Below, in pieces: positions 22,413 through 33,376 of a stretch of DNA of 64,000 nt. This DNA comes from Azolla caroliniana (Eukaryota; Plantae; Polypodiophyta). Where the stretch lies: contig JBHGNT010000004.1 in assembly GCA_043228905.1 (NCBI GenBank), positions 17,670,001 to 17,734,000 of the forward strand. The letters run 5' to 3'. A model generated the notes under the pieces. The model was not told the origin of the DNA, searched no databases, and worked only from the letters and a program-made list of their open reading frames with translations. Every line of letters begins with the position of its first letter. The stretch's first letter is position 1. Position numbers and translations under genes: made by a program.

Positions 22413-25299
22413 ACGCCCTTGCGCGATTATCCGGCCTTCTTCCTCGATGAAGCACCCTAGGTGCGTAAACCGCACCTGCATCGCCTGGTCGACGATTTGT
22501 CCGACCGACACAAGGTTCTTTGTGATTGTTGGAACGTGTAATACGTTCATCAACTTTCCCCTCTGTCCGACATGGCTCAAAGGGACTTCTCCAACATGCA
22601 CAATCGGGTGAGGAGTGTCGTCTCCAGTTTCGACAACTCCCAGTTGATCCAGTTTCTCTAGAAAAGAGAACCACTCTTTGTGGCTCGTCATGTGGTTCGA
22701 CGCATCGGAATCAACGAACCATACTTCCTCCGATTAGGAAGTAGTTTTCTTCAACGAGTTAGCCTTGTGCTTCATCACGAAGGCTGGCCCTTTACCGGTC
22801 TTCCCGGTTTTGGATCCTTCCGATCCTTCTGCGTAGTGCGAGCTTTGCCGGTTTTCCCGACCGGTTTTGCTGGATCCGGATTTGTCCATATCCGCGCGCT
22901 TCTTCTTCCAGCACTCGCTTTCCCTGTGGTCCTTTTTTCCACAGTACCAGCATTCTGTGTCGGCCTTTCCTTGCCGGTTCCTGGCGCCGCTTTGACTCCC
23001 CCTGCTTGTGGAGGGTCCGGAACTGCTGTTGGCACTACCTCTGTGCCTTCGGTCTTGCTCTTACCGGCCGTCTCCATTGCGTGCCGACCCACCTCATCCA
23101 CCATGTCTGTGGGGCCGATCTGTCTCCATGTACAACATCCATCGTCCGATTGAGTGGTCTTGGACCCACCCGCGTGGTTTTCTTCGACCATCAGCATCGA
23201 TTGCAAGTTGAAGAAAGACGGTGGTTTCTCCTGAGTGCAGATCGATGTCCGGATTGGCCCGTACCTTTGCGCTAGACTACCGAGGCAGATTTATACCATC
23301 TAGTCTTCGTCCACCATCATGTTGATGGACCCGAGTGCGTCAAAAATCTCCTTTATCTTGGTGGTGTAATCCGTAACTGACATATCTCTTTGCCGGATGT
23401 TGTTCAACTCTTGCCGGAGCTGCAACTTACGGGTTGTGGTACTTGCGGAAAAAATCTTCTTCAGATTTCCCCAGGCCTCCTTCGACGTTTTTGCATCCTT
23501 TACGTAGCCGAGCATTTGGTTGTGCACACAGGATGCGAGGCAGTACAATACTCGGCTTGCTCCTTGCTCCCATACCGGGAAGTCCTCGTGTGCCGGCTTT
23601 GGCGCTACCTCGTTCGTTTGTTCCACGAAGCTCTAATATCCATGCCCCAGCAGGTACTGGTGCATCTTATATGACCAGGACGCGTAGTTGCTCCGGTCAA
23701 GCTTCTTTGTTGGAAGTGAACTTGCCATTCCTCTATCCATATCTTCTCTCTATTTGTTGTTACCGGGTTCTAGCGTTGTTCTACGAAAGCAAGTGTCGGC
23801 TGTAGAGGTTCTCACCCTCTCGCTTTGATACCATGTCAAAGAAAATGTGTGGAAGTGTTAGATAGAACCGGCTCAGCCGGATAGCAATAGAGAATAAGAG
23901 GTTTAATGGAGAAGCTTAATACACAAAGAGTATACGCGGGAGAGATAGATAGATAGAGAGAGAGAGAGCAGAACAGAAACTCAATTAAAAAATAACTCTA
24001 AAACTCTTTGTATACATACAACGTGCTAAACAACACTATTTATACAAGTCCTCAAAAGGACTGACAGAAGTACTGACAGGTACTTCAATGCTCATATGAG
24101 CGACTGACACTAACTACGAGACAATGATTACCTAGTAGTCTAGGCTACTACTAGGCTTCCGGTTCCCGTTCGAATCTGGCTCTCCGATCCGTCTCACCGA
24201 TCCGGCCGATTGTATCCGAATACCATTCAGATACCGATCTGGCTTTGGCTTACTCAGCCGATCCAGATCTGGTTGAGCTTGCTTGCTCAACAAGTTGCAA
24301 GAAGCAACCTACAATCGCACTGTCGAGCATGGAGGCCGAATACAGGGGTCCGACGGTCGCCGCGTGTGAAGCCGTATGGCTCAAGCATATACTAAAGGAT
24401 CTGGATGTACCCATCAAGGATCCGATTCGTCTATATTGCGATAACATGAGCAATATCTACTTGGCACGGAACCCTGTATTCCACACGCAGACTAAGCATG
24501 TCGAAGTGCACTACCACTTCATTTGCGAACGTGTGCAGGCCGGAGATATAGACTTACGACACATCAACACGAATCTACAAGTAGCCGACATTTTCAAGAA
24601 GCCTTGGGCATCGACAAGCTACGATAGTTTGCGATGAACCAGCCGAGCTTGAGGGGGAGTACAAAACAGTGAACCGATTGATTGATTGAAGCCGAACAAG
24701 GAGTATGTAACTGGAAAAACCGAATAATCGAAATTCGAAGCATTCTGAAGACCGATCCGAAACAACTCTTCGATATCCGGAAGTTGTGTTCGAAGGGGCA
24801 TGTTGAGAATCGAACTAAACTTTCCTTAGAGATAGGTTTCACACTAGCTCATGGACATACCAGGCTAGTTTTGTAAATAGTTGGAAGGGCACTTGCCCTA
24901 GCTATTTGGTACTTAAACCAACCTCTTCATTATCAAGTCATTCTAGTTCAACGCAAGTCTTTCGTCACACACCTGAATCTTGTCTCTTGTTAATACTTGA
25001 ATTCCTTTCTTCCTTTTTTTATTCGATATTATTCTTGGCTTTGGCCCTTCAAATTACCAATTAGTAATTTACTACCCTATTGGTAGTTTCTAATTTATTA
25101 CAAGATGAAGTTACAAGTTTTGTATACAAACACATAAATTCCATTCTAATTTGAAATGGGAGGATGTACTTTTTTCTCCCATACTTCACATAGAATTCTA
25201 GTGGCACCATGACAATGGACCATAATGCCTTGTTTCTTTTTACCAAAAAAAACACTACTTCGCATTAGTTAGCAATAATCACTCTCTTAACATACTCCA

Positions 25300-26950
25300 A
25301 ACACATGATACTTGCACGAATTAGCTTTGGGGTAACTTATGTTAGGGAAAATGGTCATTAAATAGACAAGCTTGTCGATAATGTGATGATTATTCGTGTC
25401 CGAATGTGAATAATAGGGATAGAGTCAACATGGATCTTGAATTCATGATCAAGCGAGGTTGTGATTGGTTGCTATGTAGAATTTGAGTTTAAGATGTACT
25501 AGAGTTGGGAGACCTAGATTTTTGTAGTGTGTGGATGATTTCAATGGCGTGGAGATAGAAAAGCTCATCCATATCCTTTATTTCAAACTTGAAGGCAGTT
25601 AGAGACTTCATTTTCTTGATAATGATCAAGTGTTCTTCTCCAATTATTAGGTTGTCGACATACAAAGATGATTAACATGGTGTTGTGAGTTGTCTAACTT
25701 GTTTTAGATGATTTTATAGACAATCCAAAGCGTCATAGCATGCATGGATATTATTCATGCATAGATAGTAATTGACAATGGTTCAACTCAATTTGGGAGC
25801 TCAAAACTCAAATAATTAAAATATTTAAAAGCGTAAACCAAACCATTTGAGGACATTTCAAGCTCTTGCCATTTGTTCAAGTGAGTAGCCCATAAAGAGG
25901 CATTGCTTCAACTTGGGATGTATCTTGTTTTGTACTTCAATGCATCTAAAAGATTTCTTCCTTCCATAGAAGTGCTCATGTAAGGGTACCTCTCTTATTG
26001 TTGTTATCAAGTACAAGGTCACAATGTAAACCTTAGTGTACACTGCTTCTATGCAATGGCACAGTGTTTCCATTAATCATGGGACGAGCCACTTTTGTTA
26101 TAGGGTAGTTGTTTTGCTCCGCTACCCAATTTTGGAGGTATTAACACATGAAATTTCAGTGTTGCGGAGTTTTGCGAGTTCTCGCTTGTTGGAAGTATCC
26201 CATGAGTTCATCAGAGAAATATGCTTTGTCATTCATTCCATTTCCTTTGAAGTTTAGGATTCCATCACTCAACTCTTGTTTCTTTATATACATGTTTTGT
26301 AAGCTGATATTGTCGATTTAATAGTGGCATATATTGTTATTGGATGTGTAGCTTTTCCCTTTGGCGAACATAACAAATTCCAACATGTGATGAACATATG
26401 CCCTTCACTTCTTATACGGTCAACAAGCTGTTCTTGAGATATGGAATGAAGGACTCATGATTATTAAGTTGGCCTTCCATGTCTTTCTTCATTAATTTTT
26501 AGACTCTCATGAACTTCTTTATAAAAATAGGAAAATACAAGACATTTTTAGTGCATAAATCCAATGTTTGTCGTCTTTTTGAATGGGACATCCCTAATGT
26601 ATAGGTTTATGGTGTGCATGCCTCCACGTAACTTGGTAGCTCATGTGTTCACAAGACATGGAATCATTCGTAGTGAATAGTTCTGACGTTGTTAGATGCA
26701 CTTGAATCAACACCAATCAACACATTGTTTGGTTCGCTAGTGCTTGCCGACATTGAGTTTGCCTAATAGTTCATCATAAACATTTTGCCATAGTCTTTGT
26801 GGCTAAAGTTAGTCATGTATTTCTGAATTGCTAACAATTGGTTACATCAATCTTTTATTTGTGACAATGGTGAAAACCCCCTTTTTCTAGCGTTTCTTCT
26901 GCTCCCATTCCTACTTTTACATTGGGGTTGGGAGTTCACATTTTTTGAGT
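25300..26950 (-). pseudogene. Very degraded Copia remnants
   Basis: Traces of RT (IFVCRQPNNWRRT region, FEIKDM) and the integrase tail (PKLKQCLFMGYSLEQ, ORF 25858-26073). Confidence 0.5.
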
Positions 26951-27944
26951 AAATTTCTCCCCCATTGTATACTTTGCTTGAGTATATTTCTCCATGTTTT
27001 TCCTCAACTTGAAAAGGAATAGACATGATTCATTAAGCAAAACGAGGGATGATAATAGAATAAATCTACAAATAATATTAAGAATAAGAAAACAATAAAT
27101 AAAAAATAACCAAAACTTTATACAACATAAGGGACTCATTTTATATAGAACTTCTATGCAAGTACACATTAATGCTGGGAATAATAGGAAAAAGCTAAAA
27201 ATGATGGGAAAACGAGTGGGATATTGAAGGTGCTCACTTCATCCAATGCAAATGCATTTCCCATTTATTAAGTCAATGGTGAGCTTTTAGTCACATGTTC
27301 CCCAATGAATATTGATACGTCATAAGGTACGTATGGTTGAGCTTATTATCTCGACACCTATTACTTGCATCAAGTGAAGTTGACACATATTGATTATTAA
27401 TGTCGGATGTTGCCATACATATTGATTATTAAAGTGGAATGTTTTAGATGATTTTGCATTCCGATTAAAATAAGTGATTAAAATTATGCTTGTGAATATA
27501 GGTTATTTGTTCATGTTATTATGTTTTAATTGATTAATTAACGGGTAAGAGTAGAAAAGTAGAGTTTGTCAAAGTGAAATAGTCACTTAGTAATTACATT
27601 GGAAGATGCAGAACATATGCCTTCACTTGTCGTGACAATATTTGGGTCTATGCTCACTCGAACCCCTTTGGCAAAGAAGTAGTGAGGATTTAGAGGGAGG
27701 AGGTATGTCCATCTTGTTTTTCTCTAAATGGTTAAAAGAACAATACTTAAGCTGAAGGGTGGAGAACCATACATAATATCAAATGTCATGAAGTCAAATT
27801 CCGGTAGTTGGAAAATGCTCAATTGTGATCATTTACCTGCTTTTATAAATGGTAGTAAACTCAAGAGTTACTAGGGGTTTCTAACCTATGACACAACTCC
27901 CAAAGAAGTAAGCACTTAAAATATATTAGAGGAAGAAAAGAAAA

Positions 27945-29080
27945 ACTTAGTCTACCTACAAGCCTAAATCTAGGTGACACGAGCAAAACTTCAACAATAT
28001 GCGACTAGACACACCATAAATAACATTGCCTATAACTTTGAGGAAAATTGATTTTTTTGCCTCTTATGAAAAATTCAAGGTAGGGACACAATGGCTTCAA
28101 TGGACATGAGTGCAAGTGTCACAACTTTATCTTACGACCATTAGTTCTTGCTTGGATCTCCCACACTTAAAGAATACAAAGGTCAACCCTTGTGTCTTGA
28201 GACAGTGACCATTGAATGTATGGGGACATTTCTATGTATAGTTAAATTGATCACCAATAGCAAAAAGAAAAAAATTAGTCTAACTAGAAACCTATTAGGA
28301 AACAGGTCCCTCCGGATGGGAAGGAAAGCACGAGCCGGATTGGATGGAGTCGATGGGTAACTTGGCTAAGGCCAAAAAAACGACTGATTAATAACCGAAT
28401 CAGTCAAATCCGATGGGGCTATATTTGTAAATAGCCTCAATGTGCCCTTAATGGGCTATATTTGTAAATAGCCCATATAGTATATCAGTATAAATAGAGT
28501 TAGGGGAAATAGTGATGTATAGAGTTTTGTGTGGTGAGCAGTAGTAGTTGTAATCTGTGTGAGTGTGTGTGTATTAGTCTTAAGACTAGGACGAGCTCGA
28601 GGTTGTTGCTTGTGAGCCTCTTTGTATACTCACCATATAGTGATCCTATTCGAAGTTTGTGGGCTCCTGTGGTTTTTCCCATTTCTGGGTTTGTGAGCGT
28701 GTTATTTTCTATTGTATTTCAGTTTTTTGTCGTTCTCGTTTGTGCTTGGCGATTGGTTGTGGTTAAACCCATATTCAACAAAAGCTAAGTGAAGGTGACA
28801 CGAGCGAAACTTCAATAATATGGGACTAGACACCCCATAAATAACATTGCCTAGAACTTGGAGGAAAACCAATTCTTTTGCCTCTCATACAAAATTCAAG
28901 GTAGGGACACAATGGCTTCGGTGGAGATGGATGGAAGTGTCATGATCTTATCTCATGAACATTGGTTCTCACATGGATTTGCCACACTTAAAGAATGTGA
29001 AGGTCAACGCTGATGTCTTGAGACAGTGACAATTGAATTTATGGGGACCATTCTATGTATAGTTAAAAGGATCACCAACA
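27945..29080 (+). repeat. Two diverged tandem units of about 330 bp, the second split by a solo LTR
   Basis: GGTGACACGAGC..TTCAAGGTAGGGACACAATGGCTTC..GTTAAA..ATCACCAA recurs at about 27972-28258 and 28793-29078. Confidence 0.8.
28293..28780 (+). mobile_element. Solo LTR related to the Copia-5 LTR (58536)
   Basis: Shares the TCCCTCCG.ATGGGA start, ATATTTGTAAATAG, AGTATAAATA and TGTGGGCTCC.GTGGTTTTTCCC motifs; ends CAACA; imperfect TSD AAACC/AAAGC. Confidence 0.7.
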
Positions 29081-30229
29081 ACAAATCATAATGTCAATCT
29101 AACATTTATGGTGGTTATCCATGAAGTGAAAGGATTCGGGTTGTATGAAGGAGGTATTGTAAAATCCTAGATGAGAACTGTCCATGGAGAATATATAGAC
29201 AGGGAACTAGATAGATAGACTAGACTAGAAAGTCTTAGGAAAATTAGGAGTCTAGAAAAGTAAATAAAAGGTTGAGGAGTCCATGGATAAATATAAATCA
29301 AGACTTTGACTAGTCTATAGATCAAGATAGAGCAAGAATTACATCTAAGAGGTATGTGCACAAGAAAGAACTAGATGTTCAACCATCATTTATTGTGACT
29401 CACAAGGCTTGAGCCTATGTGTGTTGTTGTAGCAATGGCACGCCAAATCATTCAGGTGAGAAATACTAGCCATGGCAAAGAAGTTGTAGATAATGCATGA
29501 GTTTGAGCTATCGAGTGATGCAAGAGTTCACAACAAATGATGAGTAGTTCGGAAAATAAATGATGCAAGAGTTCACTATATTAAAGACGAAGGGGATTCC
29601 AAATTGAATTGGGTGATGTGCACTTGGTGTAGTAAAATTCTTGAGAGGGAGTATTGGGTGTGAATAAGCATCGATATCCCCATGTGAACAATAGAAAGAG
29701 GTGTATTCATAATGGTAGGTGGAATAACCATTTAGGCCAACCATCTATAGTATAAGAAAGTGCCTTATGAGGTATTCTAAGGTGTAGCCATTAACTATAC
29801 TATCGAACCTCCACGTGTATTTGTTCGCTTAAGAGCATAGCACGCATAACTCTCTTTGTAGCAAACCCTTTAAGCGTCTCATATCATATATCTCAAATTT
29901 GTCTCTTTCCTTCATATATTCTTGTCAAGTATCCAATTTGTTATTCTCTTATATCATTGCATAATATACCAAGTTTAACTACAAATCTTTTGCTTCAAAT
30001 TTTGACCCTTGAGCTATTGTACAATAGAATAATAAACTTGGACTTTTGTGTTAACAAACTTGTACAACTGAATCGTACATACACATCTTTCTCTCTATGC
30101 CCCCCCCCCCCCCCACTTTTTTTTTTACTCCACACTAGTGCCTCTCCATTCATCTCAACATTTTAAGTGTGTCTCTATAATTATATGTCAAGAGCATTAA
30201 AAGAGATAAGTTCAATTATATATGTATCA

Positions 30230-31930
30230 CTAACATTTCATGCATTGTGCCTTGACGAGAATGCTCAAATCCTTCAATATTCTCTTGAGCCAAATGGCTT
30301 CACATGCGGCAACGGCCGCACCCCTGTATTCGCCTTTTGTGCTCGACAGTGCGTTTGTCGGATGCTTCATATTACTCCATGATATCGTGCCGCTGCCGAG
30401 GGAGAAGACGAATCCCAATGTTGATCGTCTGTCAGCTTTGTAGGCGACCCAATCAGCATCAACGTACCCTTCGAATTGAATCACTGTGGCCGATTTGTAT
30501 AGAATGCCTAAATCCATTGTCCCACTTACATAGCGTAACAATCGTTGAACACAGTCCAGGTGAATGTTCCGTGGTGTCCGCATAAACTAGCTAAGGAGGC
30601 CTACTGGGTAGTTGAGGTCAGGCCGAGTAATTGTGAGATAGATTAGACTTCCGACAAGTTGATGATAGAAAGTCGGCTCACACTCTTCTATGTCAGAATC
30701 AGCATATAACCTTAGATTTCGATCGAGAGGGTAACGACGGGCTTACACTCTGTCATCTCAAACTTGAAGAGAAGATTGAGGATATAGTGTTGTTGGGAGA
30801 TCATGATGTCGTTTGGAGTCCGAATTACTTCTATCCCTAGAAAGTAATGGAGCTCCTTCATGTCTTTCATTTAGAATCGGCCGGAGAGAAGCTTTTTGAT
30901 ATGATCGATTGCTGCCAAATGCTCTCCTCCAATGACCAAGTCATCCACATATATTATGATAAACACTTATCCTCTAGAGTCTCTTCGAATGAATAGGGAA
31001 TGTCGGACTTTGACATTTTGAAACCTATTTGATGAAGATATTGGGTTATCTTCGAATGCCATGCTCTCTCAGTGCTTGCTTGAGGCGGTAGAGAGGCTTG
31101 TTGAGTCGACAAACAACAGTCGGATGCGTAATCGACTCGAATCCGGGTGGTTGTACCACATACACTTCCTCTTCTAGATCGCTTTGGAGAAAGGCATTCT
31201 TCACGTCCATTTGGTGGAGGTGCCACCCTTCGGCTGCTGCAAGCGTGATCACAGTTCAGATGGTTGTCATCTTTGCCACCAGGGCAAAGGTTTCTTCATA
31301 ATCGATCCCGTGTATCTGCTCATACCCTTTTGCCACAAGTCGAGCCTTATATTGATTGACGGCGCCGTCGGCATTGTGCTTCACCTTGAATATCCATCGT
31401 CAACTGATTGCCTTTTGATGGGATGAAGAGGGAACGAGATCCCATGTCTCGTTTTTGGAGAGTGCTTGCATCTCCTCATTCATCGCTTCGACCTATTGCG
31501 TGTCCTTCACGGCTTCGGAAAATGTTTCCAGTTGTCAGACTGTTGCCACCTTCATCATGAATGCATAATGATATGCCATGTAATCATTGTAGCCGAATCG
31601 ACTAACTACGTTCTCTTCTTAGTTGGAGCGACGTGGTGCCCTTGGTGTTCTCAAGCACATCTAATCCACCATACTCACTGTCGGGTGAGTGATCCGATTC
31701 GTTTCCATCTGAGTCTTTGTACTCAAGCATTTTGGCATTTCCTTTGTCTTGTTTCCGAACTCAATCGCGACATGTTTGGTCGCTCGGTGGTTCTTGTGGT
31801 CCACTCAATCTGTGGTTGAGATCGGACTTTGCTCTGATGTGAGCCTTAGTTGATCATCCTCTTCCGAGTCAATTAATATCGAAATCCGTTTCGATTGGAT
31901 CGGATGGAGCCGAGTCGATTGTGTACTAAG
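30230..31930 (-). pseudogene. Copia-4 RT/RNase H remnant (Copia-1-like family)
   Basis: WHLHQMDVKNAFLQ, GYVDADW, STLGFVFSLGSG motifs; interrupted at 31931 by a Gypsy LTR. Confidence 0.85.
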
Positions 31931-33376
31931 TGTCATGAATACATAAACATCATGGCTTCACTTTGACTTGAACCCAAGACCTTGTAATACATACTCAAGA
32001 ACTTAACCATTAAGATAGTCTATGATCATATAAAATAATAAAAGCTACTTCTTGTAATACACTGATTATTGTAAATACTCTAGAACATTCTAGAACATTC
32101 TAGAATATCCTAGAACATCTTAGAATATTTGAGAACATTATAGAAATCTCTAGGCTATTCAATAGGAACCTATAAATATAGACATAAAATTGTTCTCAAA
32201 CCAATTCGAATCAACACTAGTCTTAGACTCTCATCACCTATCTTGTATCCATTCTCATTCTATCTAATACATTCATTCTTCTCTTATCATTTCATTCCTA
32301 TCTTCTTGTGATCTCTTTATATCATTTCTTCTGTCACTCTATCTTTTCTCTTGGTTCTGACAATTTGATTCAAATTTATCTCTCTCTCCTTTATCCTCTA
32401 TAAACATCACGAAACCATGGCCACCATCAACTCAGAAGAATATCTCACCCTTGTTGCAGAAATGGAGAATCTTAAATCCAAGTTCACATCTCTTGAATTA
32501 GAGAATTTATGTCTTCTTGGAGGTCTACAAAAGGTTACCGTGGAGAAGAAACAACAACAACAGGAGTTTACGCAAGGGGTGCAACAAATAGAATCGACAA
32601 TCGTAGTTTAACAACAACAAAGGGTTGAAGGTCAAGGAATTATCAAGGAGCCCAAAATCAGCCTCCCAACTAAATTTGATGGTTTGAGGGCGCATTTCCG
32701 AGGTTTCTCGAATCAAGTGTGGTTGGTAATTCAAATGCATCTCACGCGTTATTCGATAGATGCATCACTAGTCGGGTTAGTGGGCACCTTATTGACTGGC
32801 ATAGTGTTGTCATGGTTTGCCCCATTACTAGAGATGAACTCTCCTCAACTACATAATTTCGAGGAGTTTATCAAAGAATTTAAGGTTTGCTTCGGAGATA
32901 CAGATGGGGCAAGAACAACAATCAACAAGATTCGTACACTACGTCAAGGTGATCAGCCATCATCGACATATCCAGCTAATTTCCATCTCATCGCAAGTGA
33001 TATTCCGTGGGATGAACAAGCCCTAATGGAGCAATTTCTATCCGGTCTTCGTAGTGATGTGAAGGACTTACTTCTTACCTTCCCCGAGGATCCAAATTCA
33101 CTTACAAAAGCTATTAGTCAAGCAATACGGTGTGATAATCGTCTTTTTGAGTGTCGATGTGAGAGACAACAACAAATAACAAGATCAAGATTCACACCAA
33201 CTTATGCATCAGTAACGATGCAATCATCTCCAAGGCAAACATATAGCCTTGCTCCAACTCCAAGGCAAACACGTTGTCCAGCCCCAATGGATAAGCCTAC
33301 ACCCATAGAGATCAATATGACCCAACGACGAGGACCATTGTCGGATGAAGAGAAGCAACGATGCTAAGCAAACCGT

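Larger units (their letters stand above)
11887..23740 (-). pseudogene. Copia-2 gag-pol pseudogene, split by the Gypsy at 15090-22412
   Basis: Gag 23300-23740, integrase IHSDVWEP/FIDNYSR (14571-14996), RT LLYVDDL (12943-13515), RNase H (11887-12608). Confidence 0.9.
11655..24292 (-). mobile_element. Copia-2 LTR retrotransposon nested in Copia-1 RNase H
   Basis: TSD AGTTG (11650-11654 / 24293-24297); 5' LTR 23834-24292; PBS TGGTATCAAAG 23823-23833. The 3' LTR survives only as 11655-11886 because U3 and PPT are deleted. Confidence 0.9.
6514..24927 (+). mobile_element. Copia-1 LTR retrotransposon (degenerate, host of three insertions)
   Basis: 5' LTR 6514-6831 (TG..CA), PBS TGGTATCAGAGC 6832-6843 (tRNA-iMet), gag-PR-IN-RT-RH remnants. 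The 3' LTR starts at 24801, matches 6514 onward and is truncated near 24927. Confidence 0.9.
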
